DNA of 64,000 nt from Anaerolineae bacterium (GCA_040768685.1 JAXGMM010000001.1:553279-617278); one strand, 5' to 3'. Shown: positions 29,825-39,861, counted from the first letter of the stretch. The notes: a model not told the origin generated them from the letters alone. Numbers and translations: made by a program.

Positions 29825-30160
29825 TCAGGGCGTTGGGGCCTCTGCCAGGCGGTAGAGCCACCAGCGCGATTTGCCGCGCCGCTGCTGCCTGTCGCAGTAG
29901 ATGACCATCCGTTGGCCGGCGGTGGTGCGCAGGTCAAGATAGTGCCGCCGCACATACGTCTCACCGTCGGCGCGCCCACCCTCGCGGGCGGTGCCTTTCC
30001 AGCGATCCAGTACCGCCGCTACTTCGTAGGCCTCCCCACGCCAGAGGAAACGCATGGGCACGCCCGGCTCGCCCAGCGGCATCCCCGCCAGATCGATCCG
30101 GTCGCGATCCGGGAAGATGGGCTCACTTACGAGACGCCACTTGGGTTCCTGCCCGCTCAT
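29825..30160 (-). CDS. small conserved hypothetical protein, translationally coupled to SDR
   Basis: 111 aa, ATGA overlap with upstream SDR stop; non-repetitive sequence FLWRGEAYEVAAVLDRW...YVRRHYLDLRTTAGQRMVIYCDRQ. Confidence 0.5.
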   Translation of the reverse strand: MSGQEPKWRLVSEPIFPDRDRIDLAGMPLGEPGVPMRFLWRGEAYEVAAVLDRWKGTAREGGRADGETYVRRHYLDLRTTAGQRMVIYCDRQQRRGKSRWWLYRLAEAPTP

Positions 30161-31395
30161 GTCTGTAGCCTCTCCAGGAGCTCGGACAGGGAGTCGATGA
30201 CGGCGACTCGCTCCGCGCTTTGCTCAGAGACGTAGCGGAGGCCTTCCTCGTCGCGCGAGAGACGAGAACACTCCTCGGGCGCCTCGGCGTAGTACCGGCG
30301 GAGGGTCTGCAAGCCCTCCAGCACGCCGGCGTGCTCGCGCTTGCCGCGGTCCTGCCCGGAGATGAGCATGCGATCGGCCCGGCGCAGGCGTCCTTGGAGG
30401 TCAGTGAGCAGGCGCGCCCAGTACTCCGGGTCCTGGCCCGTCCTGCGGCGGAAGCCGCGCTTGGCCAGGGGCCGCGCCAGCACGGGCGCGCGGTCTAGCT
30501 CGGTCACGGTGTGGTCGAGGATGGCCTGTAGGCGGGCGGTGAGGCGTTGCGCTTCCCCGATGAGTTCGGAGCGGGTGCGGAAGTCGCTGACCGGATGGGC
30601 CGGGGCGGGGATCTCCGAGCCGGGTTCGGGGGGCGCCTCCTCGGCCGCAACCCGGTCCAGAACGGTCTGGCCGGTCACAACCTGTCCGTGGTACTCGATG
30701 CTGTAGCGACCGATGAGATGCACGGCGGCTGCGGCGGCCCGATCGGCGGGGACGGCCGGCTCCATGAACTGCGTGAGCGTAAGGCCCAGGCGGGGCGCGA
30801 GGACGCGACCCGTCTCCCGCAGGCCGGGTGTGTCGACAATCCCCGGGTCAAAGGCGACCACGCAGATCCCCTGCTCGCCTACCTCGGCGGCCAGGGACTG
30901 AGTTAGCCCCAGCAGCCCTTGCTTGGAGGCGATGTAGGCGGACGCAAAGGGCATAGCAGCGCCGCTGACTAGGTTCACGATGATGCCGGAGCCACGCTCC
31001 AGCATGCCGGGCAGGAAGGCGCGGCACATCAGGTAGGGGCCGCGCAGGTTCATCGCCAGGGCGCGGTCCCACTCGCCGGGGTCCATCTCCACCACGGACG
31101 CTACCGGCCAGACTCCGGCTCCGTTCACCAGAACGTGAGGAGCGCCGACGTATGCCGTCACCTCGCGAGCCAGGCGCTCTACGCTGTAGGGATTGGCCAC
31201 ATCTGCGCGCACCTGCCTGGGTCGCGCGGGGACGTCCGCTTGGTCCGGCTCGTCGCCCTCGGGGAAGGCGCTGTCCACGGCCACCACCGTGGCCCCCCGG
31301 AGCGCCAGCGCTCCGGCCAAGGCGCGTCCGATGCCTTCCCCGGCGCCGGTGACCAGGACGCTCCGGCCCTCAAGGTCCATCTCCACTTCCGACAT
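30157..31395 (-). CDS. SDR family oxidoreductase with about 160-aa C-terminal helical extension
   Basis: VLVTGAGEGIGRALA Rossmann motif, YxxxK region; extension rich in Arg/Glu/Leu with no recognisable domain. Confidence 0.75.
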   Translation of the reverse strand: MSEVEMDLEGRSVLVTGAGEGIGRALAGALALRGATVVAVDSAFPEGDEPDQADVPARPRQVRADVANPYSVERLAREVTAYVGAPHVLVNGAGVWPVASVVEMDPGEWDRALAMNLRGPYLMCRAFLPGMLERGSGIIVNLVSGAAMPFASAYIASKQGLLGLTQSLAAEVGEQGICVVAFDPGIVDTPGLRETGRVLAPRLGLTLTQFMEPAVPADRAAAAAVHLIGRYSIEYHGQVVTGQTVLDRVAAEEAPPEPGSEIPAPAHPVSDFRTRSELIGEAQRLTARLQAILDHTVTELDRAPVLARPLAKRGFRRRTGQDPEYWARLLTDLQGRLRRADRMLISGQDRGKREHAGVLEGLQTLRRYYAEAPEECSRLSRDEEGLRYVSEQSAERVAVIDSLSELLERLQT

Positions 31396-31477
31396 TGATC
31401 TTCCTCGTTCTGTGGCTCAGTCGGCTACAGGCCGGACATGCCGTGGCGCGGCGAACGCTGTCCAGTGCAGCAGCGGT

Positions 31478-32974
31478 CTACTTGAACGCGGCAGCGAACT
31501 CGCGGGTAAGCTGAAGATAGAGATCGCCATACTGGGCGCTCGGCTCGACATAAGTCCCCTCCACCCACTCATTCCAGCTTTGCACCAGCAGCCAGTCTGG
31601 GCCGCTGGCCGCAGCGGCGTCGTAGGTGGCGCGATAGAACGAGCCGGAGTCGCGCTCTCGCCGCTGGGCGGCCGAAGGAACGCGGGCGTCGGACCGGCAG
31701 CCGGCGCGGGTGTCGTCGTAGCCGGGCGAGATGGTGCCGACCCAGAGCTTAGGGCTGCCATACGTCGCCTCGGCGGCCCGCACCGACTCCGCCCAACGGC
31801 CGGCCTTGGCATAGCAGGCGGGATCGGTGGCGTGGGTGATCTTGTAGACGTAGAGGCCATCGAAGACCGAGAGGTAGGACGGATCAAGGCCCTCGACGAT
31901 CCACCAGGTCTGCCGCTGGGGGTCCACGCGATCGCGGATGGCCCGCCAGGCCTCGACAGGGCTGCCGCCGGGCACGCGCTGCATGTCCGCGAAGAAGATG
32001 ACCGGCTTACCATCCAGACGCAGGAAGTTGGGGTGTCCGCCGTACGTGCCGATGAGGTAGGAGAGCGCCTCAACCAGGCTGTCCTGCGATGGGCCGGGCG
32101 AGCCGTGCCACAGGTGGCGCAGGAAGACAACCGAGGACTGGAAGCCGGTGCCGCCCGATTGGGCCAGCAACTGGGCCATGTTGGCGTCGGTGCGTTCTCC
32201 GGGCGCGAACCAGTGGAGCAGGAAGCCGTCGATGCCGGCGCCAAGGGCCTGCTGGACATGGCGGCCGATGGCGGCCGGGTCGTCGGAGCCGTAGGGCTCG
32301 GCCGGCCGGTCGCCGCCGCTGATGTTGCAGTCGTCCCAGCCGTCCGCGTCGTACCAGGCCAGATAGGAGGCCAGCACCAGGCGGGGAACCTGCGGGTGGG
32401 CGGCGGCCGCCGGCTCTACGGGCGGCGCGGCCTCTGGCGCAGGCGCTTCGGCTTCAGGCGCGGGCGCCACGGTAGGCTCGGGAGTGGCGTCGGCTTGGGC
32501 CACGGTCTCGGGCGCGGAAGTGCGCAAGGCGGCCGCGGCTTCGGCGGTGGCGGAAGCCGCGGCCGCCGCGGCCGTCGCCTCAGCGAGGCTCTGCGCGGTG
32601 GCTTCCTGCCTCAGACGGGCCTCGGCGGTGTAACGGGCTACGGTAGTAGCGGCTTGGGTGACCCGAGCGGCGGTGGTGGCGCCGGCCTGGGCTACCTGGG
32701 TCGCGCGGAAGCCGGCGGCGGCTGCTGTTTCCGTGGCCGGTAGGTCGGCGGTCGGCGACGGAGTGGCGGTGGGCTCCGGCGGAACCGTTGCCGGGGCGAT
32801 GACGGTCGCGCCCGCCGTCGCAGCGGCGGTGGCGAGCGAAGCCGAGGGCGGCGTCACTACCGGCGCGGACGACAGCAATGAAAGCAGCACGAGGCTCATC
32901 CCGAACACGCTAGCGGTGAGCAGCCCCGAGGCGGGCGAGTGAGTTCGGTCTGTCGGCGTCTGCGGGCCGGACAT
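31478..32974 (-). CDS. secreted/membrane-anchored glycoside hydrolase, GH99-like, with Ala/Pro/Glu/Thr low-complexity linker
   Basis: N-terminal signal anchor; linker PEPTVAPAPEAEAPAPEAAPP; catalytic-domain blocks ASYLAWYDADGWD and LLVQSWNEWVEGTYVEP (E-x-x-E pair as in GH99 endo-alpha-mannosidases). Confidence 0.55.
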   Translation of the reverse strand: MSGPQTPTDRTHSPASGLLTASVFGMSLVLLSLLSSAPVVTPPSASLATAAATAGATVIAPATVPPEPTATPSPTADLPATETAAAAGFRATQVAQAGATTAARVTQAATTVARYTAEARLRQEATAQSLAEATAAAAAASATAEAAAALRTSAPETVAQADATPEPTVAPAPEAEAPAPEAAPPVEPAAAAHPQVPRLVLASYLAWYDADGWDDCNISGGDRPAEPYGSDDPAAIGRHVQQALGAGIDGFLLHWFAPGERTDANMAQLLAQSGGTGFQSSVVFLRHLWHGSPGPSQDSLVEALSYLIGTYGGHPNFLRLDGKPVIFFADMQRVPGGSPVEAWRAIRDRVDPQRQTWWIVEGLDPSYLSVFDGLYVYKITHATDPACYAKAGRWAESVRAAEATYGSPKLWVGTISPGYDDTRAGCRSDARVPSAAQRRERDSGSFYRATYDAAAASGPDWLLVQSWNEWVEGTYVEPSAQYGDLYLQLTREFAAAFK

Positions 32975-33114
32975 GGCTGGTCCTGTGGGCGAATGTGAGG
33001 CCGGAGTATACCAGCCGCACCGTCCATTGGGGTAGGCGGGGCTGTGTGGGTTGGCATCTGCTCCGACCGGTACGGCCTGGTGGGCCCTGGCGGCCGGACC
33101 CGACCCCCGCTGGT

Positions 33115-33224
33115 GGTCTCCAAGAGCGAGACCACTGCTCCCTTTCCCCAGGAAGGAAGGGGCCGGAGAGACCGATTCCGTTTCCCCCTTCCCGCGTAGG
33201 GAAGGGGGCTAGGGGGTTGGGTTC
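33115..33224. repeat. GC-rich hairpin repeat element (copy B)
   Basis: GGTCTC-caagagc-GAGACC, then CCCCCTTCCC-gcgta-GGGAAGGGGG CTAGGGGGTTGGGTTC; near-identical to 36538-36726. Confidence 0.6.
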
Positions 33225-33354
33225 TTTCCCCGCAGGCACCCTCCGTCGGCTCCGACCACGACTAGGTTGGAGCACATGAGTCGGCTTATTGGCTATCGGC
33301 CCCGTGTTTACCGCCGCCATGCGCAATGCCGGTGCGCGCCAGGCCTATCTGCGG

Positions 33355-33383
33355 TTGATTCTCGGCCCTTGGGCGCCTATAAT
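33355..33383 (+). promoter_or_regulatory. sigma70 promoter
   Basis: TTGATT-17nt-TATAAT, 45 nt upstream of ATG 33428 which has GGTAGGAGG SD. Confidence 0.55.
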
Positions 33384-33427
33384 CGGGTCTGTACCGTATG
33401 CGGCTCATACTGGGTAGGAGGCATCAC

Positions 33428-34132
33428 ATGGATCTCGGCAAGTCATTCACCTTCATGTTCGAAGACAAAGACTGGGTGGGCAAGATCCTCATAGGGGCGC
33501 TCTTCGCGCTGCTCAGCTTCGCGCTCGTGGGCGTTCCGTTCATCGTGGGGTATGTCCTGGAGTTGGTGCGCCGGGTGGCGGCCGGGCGAGACGACGTCCT
33601 CCCCGCCTGGGACGACCTAGGCGACAAGTTCGTCCAGGGGCTGGTCCTGCTGGTGATACTGTTCGTGTTCATGCTGCCGGCGACGCTTCTCAGCGGTTGT
33701 GTAGGCGCCTTCCTGGGCACGATGGCCGACACCGTGCGGAGCGACGCGGGGGCAACGATGTTCGGGCTGGGCTCAGGGCTCGTCGGGCTGCTGGCGGCGG
33801 CTTACGGGTTTGTTATCTGTCTGCTCACGCCTGCCATCGCTATCCGCTATGCGATGACGCGCGATTTCGGCGCCTCGTTCAACCTGGGCCAGATCTGGCG
33901 CATCGCGAGCGCCAACCTCGGCAACTACATCGTCGTGCTTCTCGTGACCTGGGTGGCCGGGCTGATCTCCGGCTTCGGAGTGATCGCCTGCCTCATCGGC
34001 GTGTTCGTGACCTACTTCTGGGCCATGCTGGTCCAGGGGCACCTCTACGGTCAGTACTGGCGCGAGCACCTCGCGGACGCGGCTCCGGCGCCCGCCGAGA
34101 CCACTCTCCCCAGCGAGCCGCTGAGCTTCTAG
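33428..34132 (+). CDS. DUF4013-like polytopic membrane protein
   Basis: MDLGKSFTFMFEDKDWVGKILIGALFALLSF...GYVLELVRRVAAG pattern and 4-6 TM helices; start at internal ATG with strong SD. Confidence 0.6.
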   Translation: MDLGKSFTFMFEDKDWVGKILIGALFALLSFALVGVPFIVGYVLELVRRVAAGRDDVLPAWDDLGDKFVQGLVLLVILFVFMLPATLLSGCVGAFLGTMADTVRSDAGATMFGLGSGLVGLLAAAYGFVICLLTPAIAIRYAMTRDFGASFNLGQIWRIASANLGNYIVVLLVTWVAGLISGFGVIACLIGVFVTYFWAMLVQGHLYGQYWREHLADAAPAPAETTLPSEPLSF

Positions 34133-34157
34133 CGATCGTATCGCATTACCACCCACA

Positions 34158-34192
34158 GGGGGCGAGCCTCTCCGGTTCGCCCCCTCTCTGTT
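34158..34192 (+). terminator. rho-independent terminator
   Basis: GGGGGCGA-11nt loop-TCGCCCCC then TCTCTGTTG. Confidence 0.55.
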
Positions 34193-34426
34193 GCCCATGT
34201 CCCAATGCCGGCCGATCACGGAAAGCGCATCCGCCAGGCGGCGCCGGCCGGCGGCATTCGCTCTCGCCGTGACGGACGGGAGTGTCCGTCGATGACGAGC
34301 GCGGAACGGCGCATCTCGGCAGCAGCGCCTGGGCTCAGGCCTCCTCGAAGGGGATTGTGGCGCTCCGGCGCCAGACCGTCGCTGACCGCCAAGGGTTCGC
34401 ATCGGCTTCGCCGGGGCGGGGTTCTA

Positions 34427-34455
34427 TTGTGTGAGTCGCCGCCATTGTCTACTAT
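34427..34455 (+). promoter_or_regulatory. candidate promoter, leaderless configuration
   Basis: TTGTGT-17nt-TACTAT ending 6 nt before ATG 34462. Confidence 0.4.
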
Positions 34456-34461
34456 GGGGCC

Positions 34462-35046
34462 ATGGACGACGCTAGCGACAGTGCCGACCGCGACGAAATG
34501 CAGGCGATGGAGGCGGCGAAGACCGACCCGCAAGCCTTCGGAGCCCTGTACGAACGTTTCGTGGGGCGCATCTACAACTACGTGTACTACCGGGTGGGCA
34601 ACCGGTACGACGCCGAGGACCTGACGGCCCGGACGTTCCAGCGGGCGCTGGCCAACGTGGCCGGCTTTGAGGCGCGGGGCGTGCCGATATCGGCCTGGTT
34701 CTACCGGATCGCTCACAACCTGGTGGCCAACTTCTACCGCGATCGGTCGCGCCGGCAGACCATACCGCTGGAGAGCCTGGTAAGCCAGCGAGCCGACCTG
34801 GAGTCTGCCGCAACGGCGGCGGAGCGCAACGAGCGGTCGGAGGCCCTGCTGCAAGCGATCCGGCGGCTGCCGGACGATAGACAGCAGTTGTTGCTGCTCA
34901 AGTTCAACGAGCACCTGTCGAATGCCGAGATAGGACAGGCGATGGGGAAGACCGAGAGTGCGGTCAAGTCCCTTTACCATCGCACTTTGATCGCCTTGCG
35001 GCGCGAACTGGAAGACAGCGGTTTCGCGCCCAATGATGGGGACTAG
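34462..35046 (+). CDS. RNA polymerase sigma-70 factor, ECF subfamily
   Basis: region 2 RIYNYVYYRVGNRYDAEDLTARTF and region 4 HTH LSNAEIGQAMGKTESAVKSLYHRTL. Confidence 0.85.
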   Translation: MDDASDSADRDEMQAMEAAKTDPQAFGALYERFVGRIYNYVYYRVGNRYDAEDLTARTFQRALANVAGFEARGVPISAWFYRIAHNLVANFYRDRSRRQTIPLESLVSQRADLESAATAAERNERSEALLQAIRRLPDDRQQLLLLKFNEHLSNAEIGQAMGKTESAVKSLYHRTLIALRRELEDSGFAPNDGD

Positions 35047-35067
35047 GGGGGTCCTGGAGGCGTCCTT

Positions 35068-35475
35068 ATGAGGGTATGGAGCGCAGTCGACGACAGGGAA
35101 AGGTTCGCGGAGAGGAGAGAGTCGAACCTGCTGGACGAGCACTCTCAGCTTCTGATCGCGGGCCGCACGAGCGAGGCAAGGTCCATGCAGCATGCTCAGG
35201 CCGATGACTTGGCCGCCCTAATGGCCTTGGCGGAGCAAGTGTCGCTGGCAGTGGCGCCGGTGGCGGCCGGTGAGGAGTCTCTGGCGCGCATTCGACGGTT
35301 GGTAGACCGCGCCTGGAGCGAGGTCGGCCTGGAACGGGTGGCGGCCTCGGTGCGCATGCCGGGTAGAAACACCGTGCTGCGGGCGGCCATCGTGGGGACG
35401 GCGGCGGTCTCGTTGGGGCGGTTCGCCCTGAACTACCACCGCAAGCGGCAAGAGCAGGTCACAACTACGAACTGA
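35068..35475 (+). CDS. putative anti-sigma factor (single TM near C-terminus)
   Basis: immediately downstream of ECF sigma, 135 aa, hydrophobic segment VLRAAIVGTAAVSLGRFAL. Confidence 0.4.
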   Translation: MRVWSAVDDRERFAERRESNLLDEHSQLLIAGRTSEARSMQHAQADDLAALMALAEQVSLAVAPVAAGEESLARIRRLVDRAWSEVGLERVAASVRMPGRNTVLRAAIVGTAAVSLGRFALNYHRKRQEQVTTTN

Positions 35476-35557
35476 GTGGCCGGGGAGGACCAGCGCCCCG
35501 CGACACGCGGAGTCCCCAGCGCCGACTGCCCTCGCCGGAGCCGGCGCTTTTCATTCC

Positions 35558-36496
35558 CTACGGCATGGCGGCTAGGTGTAGCGCCTCGTCGAACGTGGGG
35601 GCGCCTTCCATGGGACCCAGGCGAGTGACCGACAGAGCGCCCACGGCGTTGGCAAACCGAGCCACGCGGGGCAGGTCCCAGCCCCTCAGTAAGCCCACTA
35701 GGAAGGCGGCGCCGTAGCAGTCGCCGGCCCCCGTTGGATCCACCTCGGTGACGGCGAAAGAGGAAACGGCGAACTCTTGGTCGCCGCAGTAGACCGCGCT
35801 GCCGGCCGCGCCTCGCTTCAGGGCCACGATGCGTCCCTGGCCGGCCAGAGCGCGGGCGGCCGCTTCATCGCTCTCCGCCCCGGTGAGCATGCGCGCCTCC
35901 GCTCCCGAAGGCAGTACGACGTCGGCCGCCTCCAGCACCGGTGCACACACTTCCCGCACCCGCTCCAGCCCAAGCAGTTCGGGGCGCAAGTTGGGGTCCA
36001 GGCTGACGCGGGCGCCGGCGGCTTTGGCCAGACGCACGGCCCGATAGCAGGCCTCCCGCGACGTGTCGCTGAGGGCGAGCGCGGAGCCCATGACGTGCAG
36101 GAAGCGACTGCCCTGGAAGTACGGCTCCGGTACGTCCGCGGGGGCCAGTGTGCCCGCGGCGGCGTGGCGGAGGTGGAAGAGGAAGCGGCGACTGCCGTCC
36201 TGGAAGTAGGCCACGAAGGCACAGGCGGTGGTGTGGGTCGTGGAGACGCGGAGACAGCTGAGATCCAGGCCGTCCTCGGCCAGGCGGCGGTGCACGCAGA
36301 GTCCGAAGTCGTCGTCGCCGACCACGCCGATGAAGCCGGTGCGCGCGCCCAGACGGGCGGCAGCGTCGGCGAAGATGGCGGGCGCGCCACTGGGGAAGGG
36401 ACCGACGAAGGGCCCGGGCCGGTCGAGCGCCAGCTCGCGTTCCGGCCGCATGATCTCCACCAAGGCTTCACCGATGGCGATGATGTCGAGGGGCAT
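35558..36496 (-). CDS. PfkB family carbohydrate kinase
   Basis: DIIAIGEALVE N-terminal GG-like region and DPTGAGDCYGAAF anion-hole motif; start at internal ATG 36496. Confidence 0.8.
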   Translation of the reverse strand: MPLDIIAIGEALVEIMRPERELALDRPGPFVGPFPSGAPAIFADAAARLGARTGFIGVVGDDDFGLCVHRRLAEDGLDLSCLRVSTTHTTACAFVAYFQDGSRRFLFHLRHAAAGTLAPADVPEPYFQGSRFLHVMGSALALSDTSREACYRAVRLAKAAGARVSLDPNLRPELLGLERVREVCAPVLEAADVVLPSGAEARMLTGAESDEAAARALAGQGRIVALKRGAAGSAVYCGDQEFAVSSFAVTEVDPTGAGDCYGAAFLVGLLRGWDLPRVARFANAVGALSVTRLGPMEGAPTFDEALHLAAMP

Positions 36497-36537
36497 GCCG
36501 TCTCCTGTTAGGGCGCGGAACCTGACCTCGCTCGTGG

Positions 36538-36726
36538 TCTCAAAGAGCGAAACTACCGCTCCCCTTCCCCAACAAGGGAGGGGGTCCGGAAGCCGCGCCG
36601 GTGCCGCAGAGGCCAATTCCGGTTCCCCCTTCCCGCGCAGGGAAGAGTCGGGCTGGGCCTTCGTGCCACTGTACAGTCCCCGGTTCCCCCTTCCGCGTCG
36701 GGAAGGGGGCTAGGGGGTTAGGTCAG
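36538..36726. repeat. GC-rich hairpin repeat element (copy C, internally duplicated)
   Basis: GGTCTCAAAGAGCGAAACTACCGCTCCCCTTCCCC...; two units CCGGTTCCCCCTTCCCGCGCAGGGAAG and CCGGTTCCCCCTTCCGCGTCGGGAAGGGGGCTAGGGGGTTAGGTCA. Confidence 0.6.
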
Positions 36727-36772
36727 TCCCCCAGGCCGAATTGGCCGGAGCAGATGGACGCGATGGCTATCC

Positions 36773-37716
<944 letters not shown>

Positions 37717-37720
<4 letters not shown>

Positions 37721-38253
37721 TGTCCTTCCTCTCCGGTCAAGCGGAATTGCGATTGCAGGATGCCCATGACGACGATGTCGTCATATCTGCCGTCTTTGTA
37801 GACGGCCTCGCGCAGAACGCCCTCGCGAACGAAGCCGCACTTCTCATAGGAGCGCTGGGCACGATGGTTGCCGGCGTAGACATGGAGGCACACGCGATGC
37901 AGGTTCAGTTGGTCGAAGCCGAAGGCCAGCAACAGACGCATGGCGTCGGTGCCGTAACCCTTCCCCCAAAAGTCGCGCTCGCCAATGAAGATGCCCGCCT
38001 CGGCGGAACGGTACCGGGGATGGATGCGGTGCAGCCCGGTATTGCCGATGTGGCGCCCCTCGAGAGTCTCGATGGCAAAGACTTCCTGGTCGCCGGCCTT
38101 ACCGAGGCCTTCCAGCCAGTGCTCCTCGTCCGCCAGCGAGACGGGACGGTAGAAGCCGAGGAAGCGGCGCACCTCCGGGTCGGCGATCCAGGCCACGATG
38201 CCCGGGAGGTCCTCTCGCGTGACGGGCCGTAGACGCACCAGCGAGCCTTCCAT
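37717..38253 (-). CDS. GNAT family N-acetyltransferase (RimJ/RimL-like)
   Basis: acetyl-CoA motif GNHRAQRSYEKCGFVREG, 178 aa. Confidence 0.75.
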
Positions 38254-38405
38254 GTCCGGGCACCCCTTCCACCAGGATCTGGGCAGCGGACGCTACCACG
38301 AACGGACATTATAGACCGGGGCGCCCCAGGTGAGAAATGGCAAAGGCGGCAGTAGAGCGCCGGCTCCGGCGCGCCGGGACCGGGAAGCAGGGCGGGGAAT
38401 GAAGG

Positions 38406-38427
38406 CGGCCGGACCCGAAGGTCCGGC
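38406..38427 (-). terminator. stem-loop downstream of permease gene (weak terminator)
   Basis: GGCCGGACC-cgaa-GGTCCGGCC perfect 9-bp stem; no strong U-tract. Confidence 0.3.
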
Positions 38428-38453
38428 CGCGATCGCGCGAGGGATCGGAGAGG

Positions 38454-39812
38454 CTAGATCAGCTTCTCGATGGCGGGCATGGCCAAGTAGACGAGGAAGG
38501 CCAGCGAGGTCACGTAGAGCAGAGCGCTCACCTGGCGACCCTTGCCCATGACCAGCTTCAGGAAGACGTAGGAGACGAAGCCCCAGGCTATGCCGTTGGT
38601 GATGGACCAGGCGAAGGGCATGAGCATGATGGTGAACAGGGCGGGGACGCCGTCTTCGACCGTGCCGAAGGGGATGTCCTTGATCTGCTGAACCATCAAG
38701 AAGCCGACCAGAATCAGCGCGGGGGCGGTGGCCTCTTGCGGCACCACGCCGGCGAGCGGCGACAGGAAAACGCAGAGCAAGAAGAGGATGCCGACTACAA
38801 CTGAGGTGAGGCCGGTGCGTCCGCCTTCCTCGACGCCTGCGGCGCTCTCGATGTAGGTGGTGGCGCTGCTGGCGCCGGCGAGACCGCCGACCATGGCGGC
38901 TACGGAATCGACAATCAGGACTTCGCGCAGGCGGGGCATGGTGCCCGTCTTCTCGTCCACCCAGCCGCCCTGGGAGCCGATGCCCACGACGGTGCCCATA
39001 GTGTCGAAGAAGTCGGAAAGCATGAAGGAGAAGACGGTCAGCGCGGCGGAGATAACGCCCAACTTGCCGAAGGCGCCGAAGTTGAGGCCGGCGCCGAAGG
39101 TCTCAAAGGAGGGCATGGACACGATGCTGGAAGGGAGGACGGCAGCGCTCTCCACCACGGACACCGGGTTGCCGGTGATAGCCCGCAGGACCATGGCGAA
39201 GACGGTGGTGCCCAGGATGCCCCAGAGGAGGGCGCCCTTTACCTTCCTGGCCATGAGCAGGACGGTGAAGAGCAGGCCAATGGTGGCCACCAGGATGGGG
39301 ACGCTGTCGTAAGTGCCCAAGGTGGTGAGGGTGCCGATGCCGGCCTTGATGAAGCCGGCGTTGTTGAGGCCGATGAAGAGGATGAACATGCCGATGCCGA
39401 CGGAGATGGCCCGCTTCAGGCCCATGGGGATGGCGTTCATGATGGCTTCCCGCAGGCCGGTGAGCACCAGGATGGTGATCAGCACACCCTCGAGGAAGAT
39501 CACCCCCATGCCTTCCTGCCAGGTTAGGCCGAGCTCGGGCCGGGATACTACCAGCGCCACGAGCGCGGAGTTGATGCCCATGCCCGGGGCAAGCGCGTAG
39601 GGGTAGTTGGTGAACAGGCCCATGGCCAAACTCATCAGGCCGGCGACGACGCAGGTGGCAACCAGGGCCGGGCCGAAAGGCACTCCGGCGGACGACAGGA
39701 TCGAGGGGTTAACGAAGATGATGTAGGCCATGACCATGAACGTGGTCAGGCCGGCTCCGATCTCCGTCCCCACAGTAGTACGGTGCTCTTTCAACCTGAA
39801 GAACGCCTCCAT
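38454..39812 (-). CDS. NCS2 family purine permease (AzgA/PbuG-like adenine/guanine/hypoxanthine)
   Basis: FFRLKEHRTTVGTEIGAGLTTFMVMAYIIFVNPSIL N-terminus diagnostic of AzgA family; ATG 39812 with GGAGGAGAGGAG SD. Confidence 0.8.
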   Translation of the reverse strand: MEAFFRLKEHRTTVGTEIGAGLTTFMVMAYIIFVNPSILSSAGVPFGPALVATCVVAGLMSLAMGLFTNYPYALAPGMGINSALVALVVSRPELGLTWQEGMGVIFLEGVLITILVLTGLREAIMNAIPMGLKRAISVGIGMFILFIGLNNAGFIKAGIGTLTTLGTYDSVPILVATIGLLFTVLLMARKVKGALLWGILGTTVFAMVLRAITGNPVSVVESAAVLPSSIVSMPSFETFGAGLNFGAFGKLGVISAALTVFSFMLSDFFDTMGTVVGIGSQGGWVDEKTGTMPRLREVLIVDSVAAMVGGLAGASSATTYIESAAGVEEGGRTGLTSVVVGILFLLCVFLSPLAGVVPQEATAPALILVGFLMVQQIKDIPFGTVEDGVPALFTIMLMPFAWSITNGIAWGFVSYVFLKLVMGKGRQVSALLYVTSLAFLVYLAMPAIEKLI

Positions 39813-39840
39813 CTCCTCTCCTCCGGCGGGCACGGCTCCA

Positions 39841-39861
39841 GGTCACAACAACGTTGTGACC
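39841..39861. promoter_or_regulatory. perfect 9-3-9 inverted repeat immediately upstream of purine permease
   Basis: GGTCACAAC-aac-GTTGTGACC, 29-49 nt upstream of start codon. Confidence 0.4.

Noticed and set aside
31193-32743. 516-aa ORF on the plus strand
   Set aside because: It is antisense to the GH99-like gene. The product is Gly/Arg/Ala-rich with no domain features, a GC-driven shadow ORF.
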